A stretch of 32,000 nt of DNA from Candidatus Nanosynbacter lyticus (GCF_000803625.1 NZ_CP007496.1:480001-512000); one strand, 5' to 3'. Shown: positions 1-9,219, counted from the first letter of the stretch. Notes: generated by a model not told the origin, from the letters alone. Numbers and translations: made by a program.

Positions 1-712
1 TTACTGTGCGAATCGTTGCAGTAGACTCACCCTCAATCGCTGTCACATCCACACTAAACACAATCTCGATACCCTGTGCCTGCAATGCTTCAGTAGTAGC
101 CCGAGCGATTGCTGGATCTTCACGTGCAAGCAGAGCATCGCCCCTCTCAAATACTGTTACTTTTGTACCAAGTTTGGCATAAGTTGAGGCAAATTCTAAC
201 CCAATATAACCGCCACCAATGATAGCTAGCTGTTTTGGCTGCGTCATTTTATCCAGCAATTCAGTACTGGTATATACAAACGGCTTATCAACACCTGGAA
301 TATCTGGGATAATTGATTCCGCACCGGTGTTAATAAAAATCTGCGGTGCACTCACTACTAGCTCGTCGTCACCCGCCACAATCTTCACAGTACGATCATC
401 TACAAACGATGCCTCACCTTCAATTACGCTCACCGTTTCACGATCTGCGAGCATGTGATAGTTCTTCTCATTCAACCGCGTCACTACCGTTGTCTTATGT
501 GCCATCGCCTCATCAAAACTTTGATGATGTTCGGCTGCATTGACTAGCACCTTAGTAGGAATACAAGCAATATTAATACAGGTGCCGCCATACATCTTTG
601 GCGACCGCTCCACCAGCGCTACCTTTTTGCCCGCATTTGCCAGCGCTACCGCCAATGTCTTGCCAGCTTTGCCAAAACCAATAATAAGTGCGTCAAATTG
701 TTGTGTATCCAT
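1..712 (-). CDS. Pyridine nucleotide-disulfide oxidoreductase (class I, dihydrolipoamide dehydrogenase/mercuric reductase-like), truncated by the window edge
   Basis: Reverse translation starts MDTQQFDALIIGFGKAGKTLA... with GGTCINIACIPTKVL (redox-active CxxxxC) and a second NAD-binding motif IIGGGYIGLEFA. ATG at 712-710 with upstream GGAGGT. Open to position 1. Confidence 0.9.
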   Translation of the reverse strand, partial: MDTQQFDALIIGFGKAGKTLAVALANAGKKVALVERSPKMYGGTCINIACIPTKVLVNAAEHHQSFDEAMAHKTTVVTRLNEKNYHMLADRETVSVIEGEASFVDDRTVKIVAGDDELVVSAPQIFINTGAESIIPDIPGVDKPFVYTSTELLDKMTQPKQLAIIGGGYIGLEFASTYAKLGTKVTVFERGDALLAREDPAIARATTEALQAQGIEIVFSVDVTAIEGESTATIRTV

Positions 713-835
713 TTACCTCCTCCTATCTTTTTTAGCGATCTCTCTCGCTGTAACAATTTCTCTATCGGCATACAGAACTGCTTCTTTTATCACAAGTTTT
801 TGAGATACTACTATTATCGTGTGCGCAATAGCTCC

Positions 836-1879
836 TTAAAACTGCTCCAAAAAATCCAACTTACCGCTCTCAAAATGCCGCACGTCCTCGATGCCGTATT
901 TCATCATTACCAGCCGGTCAATGCCGCAGCCAAAGGCAAAGCCAGTATACTTATTCGGATCGATGTCGGCAGCCTCCAGCACATTCGGATGTATCATGCC
1001 GCAGCCCAGTAGTTCTATCCAGCCCTCGCCCGAACAAACTTTACAGTCCGGATTTTTGCCTTCACAAAACGGACAGCTCAGCGCGAACTCAAAGCTCGGC
1101 TCAGTGAACGGGAAGTAAAATGGATTGACGCGCACATCCAATTTCTTGCCGTAATATTCCTGCAAAAACTCCTGCAAGGTGGCGATCAGATTACCGACAT
1201 TAACTCCCTTGGCGACATATACGCCCTCAACTTGATAGAACGTGTGCTCGTGGCGCGCGTCCAGATCTTCGTTACGGAACACCCGGTCGGGCACGATGGC
1301 GGCGATTGCCTCGCCCTTCGCCAAATTACCATGATATTTTTTCAACACACGGTTTTGCATGGTTGAGGTGTGCGCCGGCGCGATTAAGCGGTCGCCGTTA
1401 GCGTCAGTCTCCTCGGTCATGAACGTATCATAATCATCGCGCGCCGGGTGGCCTTTTGGAAAATTCAAGCTTTCAAACATGTGGAATTGATCATCAATCT
1501 CGCGCGACTCTTCCGTCACAAAGCCCATGCGATTGAAAATGTCAGAAATGCGGTCAATTTCACGCATCAATGGATGAATCGTACCGCGCTCACTCGGCAG
1601 TAATTCAGGGCGCGGAGCATTGACATCCATCGGTGCCGTCACGTCAATTGGCGGCAAGTCAACTTTTGACAGCTCATCCTCGCGAGCCGTAATCGCCCGC
1701 TCCAACTCCTGTTTCAATTCATTAACCTTTTTACCAAACGCCCCGCGCTCTTCACTAGGCAACGTCGCGATAACGCCATATAGTTCCCGCAGCTCCGCAC
1801 TGCGCAGGACACTGCGAGGTTCAGCCAGCTCATCTACTCGTGATAATAATATTGTTCGAACTTCATCCAACTTTTCCAT
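836..1879 (-). CDS. pheS: Phenylalanine-tRNA ligase alpha subunit
   Basis: 347 aa; class II aaRS motifs, FPFTEPSFE, CPFCEGKNPDCKVCSGEGWIELLGCGMIHPNVL, GFAFGCGIDRLVMMKYGIEDVRHF. Confidence 0.97.
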   Translation of the reverse strand: MEKLDEVRTILLSRVDELAEPRSVLRSAELRELYGVIATLPSEERGAFGKKVNELKQELERAITAREDELSKVDLPPIDVTAPMDVNAPRPELLPSERGTIHPLMREIDRISDIFNRMGFVTEESREIDDQFHMFESLNFPKGHPARDDYDTFMTEETDANGDRLIAPAHTSTMQNRVLKKYHGNLAKGEAIAAIVPDRVFRNEDLDARHEHTFYQVEGVYVAKGVNVGNLIATLQEFLQEYYGKKLDVRVNPFYFPFTEPSFEFALSCPFCEGKNPDCKVCSGEGWIELLGCGMIHPNVLEAADIDPNKYTGFAFGCGIDRLVMMKYGIEDVRHFESGKLDFLEQF

Positions 1880-1880
1880 A

Positions 1881-2117
1881 TCATCGCCCCTGCATTAAAA
1901 ACATCCCGATAACTACCGCCGCCATAATAGCAATTACAATCCACGCCGGCGCCAACGTCGTCGTCTGCTTCGTATTTTCTAGATATCTCACGTCTTCCAC
2001 GCCGTCAAGACTAGCCTTTTCCTGGAGACCCGACACCTTTGCCTTTTCACGTAGTTCCGCCGCGATTCGCTCCTGCAACTCACTGCGCTGATCGTTCTGA
2101 TTCACAAATAATCCCAT
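1881..2117 (-). CDS. Small hypothetical protein with one C-terminal transmembrane helix
   Basis: 78 aa; ends TTTLAPAWIVIAIMAAVVIGMFLMQGR; immediately upstream of pheS on the same strand. Confidence 0.65.
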   Translation of the reverse strand: MGLFVNQNDQRSELQERIAAELREKAKVSGLQEKASLDGVEDVRYLENTKQTTTLAPAWIVIAIMAAVVIGMFLMQGR

Positions 2118-2174
2118 AACTACAGTATAGCAAATTATGCTATAATAGTCGTAATACTACTTTAAGGAGGGAAT

Positions 2175-3110
2175 ATGGCTACGAAGAAAACTTCAAAGAA
2201 AGCCCCGGTTAAAGCTACGGCAAAGAAAACTGCCGCTAAAACCGAAACCAAAACGACCGTCAAGCGTGTCGTTGCTGAATCTGTTGCGCCCAAAAGTCAG
2301 CGCGCCAAATTAGATTCTAAATTACCAAGCAACTTAATCAATATCGTCATTGCAGAAATCGTCGGCACGTTCATTTTGACGCTAGCCGCAATATTCGCAT
2401 CAGACATCCTATCATCAATGTACGTTGGCTTTGCGCTCATGCTCATCGTCACTGCTATTGGTGGTATTTCTGGCGCACACGTCAACCCAGCCGTTACTTT
2501 CGGTTTGTGGTCAATGCGCAAGCTAAAAACCATTTTGGTACCATTTTACTGGGGCGCCCAGTTCCTTGGTGCAATGGCAGCTATTGTACTAATTGGATCA
2601 TTGACAAATGGCGGCTTTGCGCTTAGCTTTGATCAATTTACCGCATTTTCATGGAATATCTTTGCCATAGAATTAATTGGTACTGCAGTATTCGTATTTG
2701 GTATTGCTGCAGTTCTCCAGCGCAAAGAAATCAAGGTTGCCGGACAAGCTTTTGGGATCGGCTTAGCGTTGATGATCGGCCTAGTTGCATCTGGATCTCT
2801 ATACTCGTACGTTAAAGGTGCCGCTATCGCAAAAATCCAGAAAGAGCAAAACGCCGCTCAATCTGAAAAGGGTGGTCGCACCTACCCACGAGAAATTTAT
2901 GTTTCAGGAGCTACTTTGAACCCAGCAGTCGCTCTAGCAAGCACAGAAAAAACCGACTCCCAACTACGCAGCAGCGGGGTATTGCCAGCTGAAGGCGAGA
3001 AAAGCTACTCTCGCTTTAGCCTAGAGGTTATTGCAGCTACACTAATCGGCGCAGCACTGGGAGGCAACTTGTTCTTACTGGTAAATTACCGCAATAAAGA
3101 CGAAGAGTAA
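2175..3110 (+). CDS. MIP/aquaporin-family channel with Lys/Ala-rich N-terminal extension
   Basis: 311 aa; two NPA motifs (GAHVNPAVTFG, ATLNPAVALA), six hydrophobic segments; GGAGG before ATG. Confidence 0.9.
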   Translation: MATKKTSKKAPVKATAKKTAAKTETKTTVKRVVAESVAPKSQRAKLDSKLPSNLINIVIAEIVGTFILTLAAIFASDILSSMYVGFALMLIVTAIGGISGAHVNPAVTFGLWSMRKLKTILVPFYWGAQFLGAMAAIVLIGSLTNGGFALSFDQFTAFSWNIFAIELIGTAVFVFGIAAVLQRKEIKVAGQAFGIGLALMIGLVASGSLYSYVKGAAIAKIQKEQNAAQSEKGGRTYPREIYVSGATLNPAVALASTEKTDSQLRSSGVLPAEGEKSYSRFSLEVIAATLIGAALGGNLFLLVNYRNKDEE

Positions 3111-3125
3111 GTCACCCTAAATCCG

Positions 3126-3157
3126 AAAAATCCTCCGCTTCAAACGGAGGATTTTTA
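3126..3157. terminator. Bidirectional rho-independent terminator between convergent genes
   Basis: AAATCCTCCG-CTTCAAA-CGGAGGATTTTT hairpin. Confidence 0.8.
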
Positions 3158-3170
3158 TATTAGATAGCGT

Positions 3171-4241
3171 TTAGTCTTCCTGTGTTGGTCGATCGATTAG
3201 TTCTGGCTGCGTTTGGTGATTACCGCCAGCGATCCGCACCACGTCTTTATCAATCTTGCCCAGCTCTTTATACGAATTATTATAATGCCCGACAGTCGTG
3301 CTGAGACTCTTGCCCATCTTGGTCATTAGCTCGTCAAACTTTTTGACATGCACGCCCAGCTGGCCGACACGTACCTGGATGTCCTTGGCCTGCTCTTCAA
3401 TCTGTAGACTCCTCAGACCCTGCAGCACCGTCTGCAAATACGCCAAAAAGCTGGTCGGACTGACGATGATCACGCGCTTGTCACGAAAGGCATATTCGAT
3501 CAAATCGCGGCTCGAACCGCCCGCACCGACATTATTGATGAGTAGATCATAATACAGCGACTCACTCGGGATGAACATGAAGGCAAAGTCCATAGTATGC
3601 TCACGCGGGCGGATATATTTGCTGGTTTCGTCAATGCGCCCCTTCAGGTCAGCCTTCACCTTGTTTAGCCACAGCTCACGCTCAACTTTGGTCTCGGCAT
3701 TGATCATACGGTTATAATTTTCCAAGCTAAATTTACTATCCACCGGCAAAATCTGCCCCTTGTCTAAAAAAATTACCGCATCAACAATCTCGCCGTCCTT
3801 GAAGCGATATTGCATCTGAAACTGCTTGGCGGGCAGAACATTGTCCAGCACGCTTTCTAAGTAAAACTCGCCGAACACGCCGCGCTGCTTCGGGTTTTGC
3901 AGGACGTTCTGCAGAGTTTTCAGGTCAGTCGCCACGTCAACCACCCGCTTATTTGTTTCATCCAACTTTGCCAACCGCTGTGTCACGTCCGCCACCAACT
4001 TAGCGCTTTCTGACAACTGCTTTTGCACCGAGGTTTGCACCTGAGCGTTGCTGCGCTCAAGTTTATCACTGACTGATTCATTCAGCTTGGCGATGGTCCG
4101 CCCCAACTCCACCACATCGGTTTTGATGAGCTCGACCGATGACTGCTGCTTTAGTTCGCCGAGCTTTGATTGCAGCACAAACAGCGTCGCACCCAACCCC
4201 ATAACGATAATAACTAAGAGAATAATGATAATGGCTTCCAT
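3171..4241 (-). CDS. rmuC: DNA recombination protein RmuC homologue
   Basis: 356 aa; N-terminal TM, coiled coil, then NPKQRGVFGEFYLESVLDNVLP, DSKFSLENY, RVIIVSPTSFLAYLQTV. Confidence 0.93.
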   Translation of the reverse strand: MEAIIIILLVIIVMGLGATLFVLQSKLGELKQQSSVELIKTDVVELGRTIAKLNESVSDKLERSNAQVQTSVQKQLSESAKLVADVTQRLAKLDETNKRVVDVATDLKTLQNVLQNPKQRGVFGEFYLESVLDNVLPAKQFQMQYRFKDGEIVDAVIFLDKGQILPVDSKFSLENYNRMINAETKVERELWLNKVKADLKGRIDETSKYIRPREHTMDFAFMFIPSESLYYDLLINNVGAGGSSRDLIEYAFRDKRVIIVSPTSFLAYLQTVLQGLRSLQIEEQAKDIQVRVGQLGVHVKKFDELMTKMGKSLSTTVGHYNNSYKELGKIDKDVVRIAGGNHQTQPELIDRPTQED

Positions 4242-4259
4242 ACTCTTAGTGTACAGGGA

Positions 4260-4781
4260 TTACAGAGACAAGACAACTCGCGCCAAAATTGCAAACAACG
4301 TCACGAAAAGTATCGCTGCCCAATTGCCACGAATCCGGTTCAGCCAAATCAATGACAGATACACCAGCACTGTTGCTACAATCACCCAAATCAACGACAG
4401 AGCCCAAGGACCATTTGCCCATAACGTAACTCCCCATAAGGATGCGGTGGCCGCGAGAACCACCAGAAGTGGTCGCTTTATACCAAATACCGCCAGTAGC
4501 GGCACCAGCATCACCCCAACTAGAATCAAAGATATATAAGAGGCAATACTCGTGCTATTTGCGCAAATAGAAATATTATCTGCATTCGAGCAAAATACAG
4601 GCGTAATCATAAATTTATCAAAAGCAAGCGCTAGCAGCCAGATAACTGCACCACTCACAACCAGAGCCACTAGAATTCTTAGAAAACTCATCTTTGGAAA
4701 TGAATATGTATATTCCGAAGTTTCTTCCCGAAAAATAGCCGACAACAATTTCATAAATAAATTGTAACGTAAACTTGTCAA
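4260..4781 (-). CDS. Hypothetical multi-pass membrane protein
   Basis: 173 aa with repeated hydrophobic segments; true start may be an internal Met. Confidence 0.6.
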   Translation of the reverse strand: MTSLRYNLFMKLLSAIFREETSEYTYSFPKMSFLRILVALVVSGAVIWLLALAFDKFMITPVFCSNADNISICANSTSIASYISLILVGVMLVPLLAVFGIKRPLLVVLAATASLWGVTLWANGPWALSLIWVIVATVLVYLSLIWLNRIRGNWAAILFVTLFAILARVVLSL

Positions 4782-4799
4782 TATTACAAATGTATATGC

Positions 4800-5282
4800 T
4801 TAAATATCCGACTTTTCTGCGTGCTTCATCGGTACATACCAGATAATACCCACACAGGCAATCAACAATCCGCCAATAACGTCAAGCGGTGTATGCACCA
4901 AAGCAATCACCCGCCCCACACATACCAGAATTGTCATCGCCAGACAAATAACCGCCAGTCGCCGATCCTTAGCGCCAAACCACACCGCCAGCGTAATTGC
5001 CATTGTAAATAACGCGTGGTCAGACGGAAAGCCTGGATTATTCAAAAACGACGCCCCCGCCGCCACTCCTAAAACCTCAAACGGCCGCATTTGGTCCGGC
5101 TGATAAATCACTCCGATAATTTTTGCTGCCACATACGCCGTTAGCCCCGCCATCAGCACCCGAGCGTAAACCTGATATTTTTTATCATTAGGCACCAGTT
5201 TTAGTAACGCATAAGCCCCGATCAACACAATCGGCACAACCAATCCATCGGCGATCAATTTAACAATCCATTGCAAGTCCAT
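4800..5282 (-). CDS. PAP2-family phosphatase (undecaprenyl-diphosphatase-like)
   Basis: PSDHALFT and HTPLDVIGG motifs in a multi-TM protein; start chosen at MDLQWIVK (ORF track start is 5348). Confidence 0.85.
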   Translation of the reverse strand: MDLQWIVKLIADGLVVPIVLIGAYALLKLVPNDKKYQVYARVLMAGLTAYVAAKIIGVIYQPDQMRPFEVLGVAAGASFLNNPGFPSDHALFTMAITLAVWFGAKDRRLAVICLAMTILVCVGRVIALVHTPLDVIGGLLIACVGIIWYVPMKHAEKSDI

Positions 5283-5361
5283 ATCATCAGTATATCGCGT
5301 TGGCGGACGCTCGTAAACGCTTGCAGAAATCATTTTTCTATAGTACAATTATTTTTGCCGT

Positions 5362-5436
5362 TGGGATGTCGCCAAGTGGTAAGGCACCGGGTTCTGGTCC
5401 CGGCATTCGGGGGTTCGAATCCCTCCATCCCAGCCA
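5362..5436 (+). tRNA. tRNA-Gln (anticodon CTG), CCA encoded
   Basis: TGGGATG/CATCCCA acceptor stem, GGTTCGAATCC T arm, anticodon loop TTCTGGT, 3' GCCA. Confidence 0.95.
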
Positions 5437-5613
5437 TGAAATTTTCGCGCTATATTTTTCTTTTTTAATTGTAAAAACTCTTTCTGGCTGTCCATCTACT
5501 ACTCAATTAGTAGAAATTTTAGGGCTTTACCTAGGTAATAGAGTCGCCGCGCTACACGCAACCCTGGATGGAACTGCTGTTAAGAGTTGAAAAATAAGTT
5601 ATAATATGTTTAC

Positions 5614-6417
5614 ATGATTAGCCTCAACCATGTCTCTTATGAAATTGACGGAAAAGAAATTCTTCATGACGTATCGTTCACCATTAATAGCGGTGAAAAA
5701 ATTGGCATCGTAGGACCAAACGGCGCTGGCAAAACAACACTTTTAAAACTTATCGATGGTGACCTCGTTCCTACTTCTGGTGAGATTGTAAGGACTAAAG
5801 AAGAGATTGGTATGTTACCGCAAGATTTGCGCGAATGGCTAGACCATAGTGTATATGGATTTATTGAAGAAGTTACAAGAGTCAAGGGTGCACGCGAACA
5901 GTTTGACGGGCAGTACGTCAAGCTTGAACATGACTCGAGCGAACACACACTTTTACTCTATGCTGATGCACTCGAGCGCTATGACAAGTTTGAGGTCGTA
6001 TTGTTTGGTGCGAATTTAGAAAAGACACTAAGGCGCGCCGGTATAGCCTCGATTGACGTTGATAAGGAAATCGGTAACTTTTCTGGCGGTCAGCGAACGC
6101 GAATTGCGCTTGCAGCAGTGTTTGCTTCGCATTACGATATCGTCCTACTCGATGAGCCAACCAATAATCTTGACGAAAAAGGCGTCGTTGTATTAGAAAA
6201 ATTTATCAAAGGCTCTAATGCAGCCTTCCTGATAGTATCGCACGATCGTCGTTTCCTCAGAAACGTAACAAGTCGTATCATTGAGATTATGGGCGGAGAT
6301 CAGGGTATACGACAATACAGCCTCGGATATGACGAATATGTCGAAGCTAGGGAGAGGGCAAGGCAAGCCACCTTTGATCGCTATGAGCAATACGAGAAAG
6401 AAACGGCTAGAACGTAG
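5614..6417 (+). pseudogene. ABC-F family ATPase, N-terminal half (first ABC domain plus linker start); frameshifted relative to the next ORF
   Basis: GPNGAGKTTLLKL Walker A, FSGGQRTRIALA signature, DIVLLDEPTNNLD Walker B. Stops at 6417, just inside the inter-domain linker. Confidence 0.85.
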
Positions 6418-7255
6418 TGCGAAATCTGCAAGAGTCAAAGCAAATTCAGCTGGATCTAATCGTTCGAGTTCGGACAATGACAAACTTTCCGCTCATTTTC
6501 GAAAAGAAAAAGCCGCTAGTGGACTTGCGGGTACAGCAAACAGCATAAGTACACGTATCGGACAACTTGATGAACCGGAAAGACCAGAGGAAGATATATC
6601 ATTGAGCTTCCTCTTCAAAGAGCAGTCTACAAAAAAGCTCAATCTGCTTTCTGTCACAAACTTAGAGATGGACTATGGTAATGGCCAAAAAATTGGACCG
6701 ATTTCTCTAAATATTCGTTCGGGCGACAAAGTATTACTTACGGGCGAAAATGGTGCAGGTAAGACTTCAATTATACGAGGAATTATGAATATGGCACCGG
6801 TCTCTTCCGGTAGTATTCACACCAACAAAGATGCAGGGTTGATTTATATTGATCAAAATCAAACACTGCCACTTCCGAGTGCTTCTGCACTTGATAATCT
6901 ACGCTACTTAGCTCCTTCACTCGAGCTACATGATGCTATAAATCTACTAATCAGGTTCAACATTAAGAAGGATACATTGCAAACAACGCCAGGGTCAGAA
7001 CTAAGCGGTGGTGAGCGTGCGAAAGTACTGCTTGCGGGGATGACAGCAAATGACGCAGGCCTACTTATTCTTGATGAGCCGACCAACAATCTCGACATTG
7101 CTACTATTGAGGCACTAGAGGCAGCCCTTAAACAATACCGAGGCGGTACGCTACTCGTTTCACACGATCGAGACTTTATCAAGAATGTGGGCATCACCGA
7201 AAGTATAAGTATTGCCCCTTCCTGCAGATTAAAATGTCGCACCAAACAAGATTGA
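6392..7255 (+). pseudogene. ABC-F family ATPase, C-terminal half (linker plus second ABC domain)
   Basis: Track ORF 6281..7255 is in the +1 frame; linker-like KKRLERSAKSARVKAN, then GENGAGKTSIIRG, LSGGERAKVLLA, LLILDEPTNNLD, LLVSHDRDF. Confidence 0.85.
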
Positions 7256-7555
7256 TTGCCCACCATTCAGGACAGTCCAGCTCTCTAAGAAAATCAGACC
7301 AGCTAAGCTAACTTTCACCGCCAATCTGCTAACAAAGAGTATTTTGGTGGGTAATTTCATGCCGAGCAAATACGGTATTGACCATAGCTCAAACAAGACC
7401 AGTAATATCGCCACTGCGACACTGGTGTTATAATTTTTGAAAATAGCGTCCAATTCTGTTGGAAACTTCTCAAATGTGAACAATTGACACAATAACAACA
7501 AGATAACCAATACACCCGTGATTAGTTTTGCAATTTTTATCGTTTTTTCCGACAT
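7229..7555 (-). CDS. Small hypothetical membrane protein
   Basis: 108 aa, about three hydrophobic segments. Confidence 0.55.
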   Translation of the reverse strand: MSEKTIKIAKLITGVLVILLLLCQLFTFEKFPTELDAIFKNYNTSVAVAILLVLFELWSIPYLLGMKLPTKILFVSRLAVKVSLAGLIFLESWTVLNGGQSILFGATF

Positions 7556-7716
7556 AACTTTAGTATAGCCTGCGTTCCAGAAAAGCTCAAGCTTGTTGTA
7601 ATTTTTACGAAAACACTTGCTCTTTTTAATAAAACATCATACAGTTAAATTAGCGAACGTTACAAAAATAAACACCACAAAATCGTATCTTTCGCTCTAC
7701 GACATCCACCACAACT

Positions 7717-7746
7717 TAAAATACCCCGTCTCTATGGGGTATTTTT
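7717..7746 (-). terminator. Rho-independent terminator of trmD, overlapping its stop codon
   Basis: AAAATACCCC-loop-GGGGTATTTTT inverted repeat at the 3' end of trmD; coordinates accurate to about 1-2 bp. Confidence 0.7.
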
Positions 7747-8400
7747 CTTTGTCAACATTTGCGACTGCTCGGCACGCCACCTGGCGATATTTCCATGATG
7801 GCCACTTAACAGCACATCAGGTACTCGAAGCCCCTTAAATTCCTCAGGCCGAGTATACTGCGGAAATTCCAGAGTCTCGCCGTCTGAAAAACTCTCAATT
7901 TCCGCCGACTTTTCGCCGCCCAAAACTCCAGGAATCAACCTAACAATAGAATCAATCATCATCATTGCCGCCAGCTCTCCGCCCGTCAGCACAAAATCGC
8001 CAATACTCCATTGTTCATCAACTAGTTCTAAAATTCGCTCATCAACACCCTCGTATCGCCCGCAAATAAATATCACACCCCTGTCATCATCGGCTTCTTC
8101 TTGGGCTTTAGTCTGCCTCCAGCGTTGCCCTCGCGGGCTCATTAATACCACCTTCGCTGTTTCATCTTGAGATTTCGCAAATTCCACCGCCTTCCATAAC
8201 GGCTCAACCATCAGCAGCATGCCATCACCGCCGCCATACGGCGTATCGTCCACCTGACGCCGCGACCCCAAACCAAACTCCCGCAGATTCACCGTCGTAA
8301 GCTCTACGATACCGTCTTTCTGGGCCTTCCACATCATGGAATTATTAAAAACTCCCGTTGTCATTTCTGGGAAAAGCGTAATTACTTGAAACTTTCTCAT
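7732..8400 (-). CDS. trmD: tRNA (guanine-N1)-methyltransferase
   Basis: 222 aa; ITLFPEM, DDTPYGGGDGMLLMVEPL, ICGRYEGVDERI, WSIGDFVLTGGELAAMMMID, PEEFKGLRVPDVLLSGHHGNI. Confidence 0.97.
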   Translation of the reverse strand: MRKFQVITLFPEMTTGVFNNSMMWKAQKDGIVELTTVNLREFGLGSRRQVDDTPYGGGDGMLLMVEPLWKAVEFAKSQDETAKVVLMSPRGQRWRQTKAQEEADDDRGVIFICGRYEGVDERILELVDEQWSIGDFVLTGGELAAMMMIDSIVRLIPGVLGGEKSAEIESFSDGETLEFPQYTRPEEFKGLRVPDVLLSGHHGNIARWRAEQSQMLTKKNTP

Positions 8401-8428
8401 CTGTTACAGTGTAGCAAGTGTTGACTTT

Positions 8429-8457
8429 TTTGTCCAGGTATGATATATATATCAGCC
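8429..8457 (+). promoter_or_regulatory. Candidate sigma70-type promoter for the 8505 ORF
   Basis: TTGACT, about 17 bp spacer, TATATA; coordinates approximate. Confidence 0.5.
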
Positions 8458-8504
8458 TTTACTCGACCGAGTGAAGGTAGCCCTCATACAGGAAGGAAAG
8501 CATC

Positions 8505-9071
8505 ATGCACAAGGACGCTGAATCGTGGGAGATGACGCTCGCGGAATGCGGGTTGTTGTCTTACTCTACTGTGAAAGAAGCACCCGACGGGCATGTATCC
8601 ATCACTATCACCGCCTTAGTCTCTATGGAGCCAAACGCCTCCAGCGAGCAGTCGGAGGAAGCGGCATTTGAGGTCCTCCTCGGGTCCGAGGTCAGCGCTA
8701 TTTGGTGGGCGGACGATGGCTATGGAGTGACTCTTAATTCTCTGTACGATAACTGTACCATCACCGTCTACGACGGCACCGGATGGTGTGATTTCGACAA
8801 GAGAGACAAAGAGTCTGTCCAGCTCGACCAGCAATTTGGGGAGATCTCTTGGGAAGGTCATCCCGAAATTTATCTGTACGACTTCCTCAATGAAGTTGTC
8901 GGAAGCGAGCTTACGAACGTCTTTCTTAAGCACGCCTCCCCTGAGGTCTGTCTGCGGAGGATTTATGACACCGAGGAGTGTCAGAGACACCTTCCTCAGA
9001 GGATCGAAAATAGCTCCCACGAACTCTGGGACAACGTGCATCCTGCGTGGAGCATTCGCTCCCGCAACTAG
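8505..9071 (+). CDS. Hypothetical protein, no recognised domain; more GC-rich than its surroundings
   Basis: 188 aa; own promoter-like sequence, AGGAAGG ribosome-binding site, ATG, and a strong terminator directly downstream. Confidence 0.75.
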   Translation: MHKDAESWEMTLAECGLLSYSTVKEAPDGHVSITITALVSMEPNASSEQSEEAAFEVLLGSEVSAIWWADDGYGVTLNSLYDNCTITVYDGTGWCDFDKRDKESVQLDQQFGEISWEGHPEIYLYDFLNEVVGSELTNVFLKHASPEVCLRRIYDTEECQRHLPQRIENSSHELWDNVHPAWSIRSRN

Positions 9072-9087
9072 GGCTTAACGCCCGCCG

Positions 9088-9133
9088 AAAATAGCTCGCC
9101 TTGATAGGCTCGAGCCTCTCGGCGGGCTATTTT
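9088..9133 (+). terminator. Long intrinsic terminator after the 8505 ORF
   Basis: AAAATAGCTCGCC ... AGGCTCGAGCCT ... GGCGGGCTATTTT: nested inverted repeats ending in a T tract. Confidence 0.8.
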
Positions 9134-9152
9134 CATGTCTTTTTACAGAAAT

Positions 9153-9219
9153 TATTCCCCACCAAAAAACCGTCCCAGTAAGGACGGTTTTTTAGCACAA
9201 ATAAGGCTCTCAATGGTTA
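9153..9219. repeat. Direct repeat copy 1 (67 bp), contains a perfect terminator hairpin
   Basis: TATTCCCCACCAAAAAACCGTCCCAGTAAGGACGGTTTTTTAGCACAAATAAGGCTCTCAATGGTTA; one mismatch to 10152..10218. Confidence 0.93.

Noticed and set aside
346-1118. Plus-strand ORFs of 65-104 aa opposite the reductase and pheS
   Set aside because: They overlap well-supported minus-strand coding sequences and lack protein-like composition.
5440-5590. Possible gene remnant downstream of tRNA-Gln (SGCPSTTQLVEILGLYLGNRVAALHATLDGTAVKS)
   Set aside because: Its location after a tRNA suggested an integrase remnant, but the peptide matches no family I can name and the ORF runs through the tRNA; no attachment-site duplication was seen.
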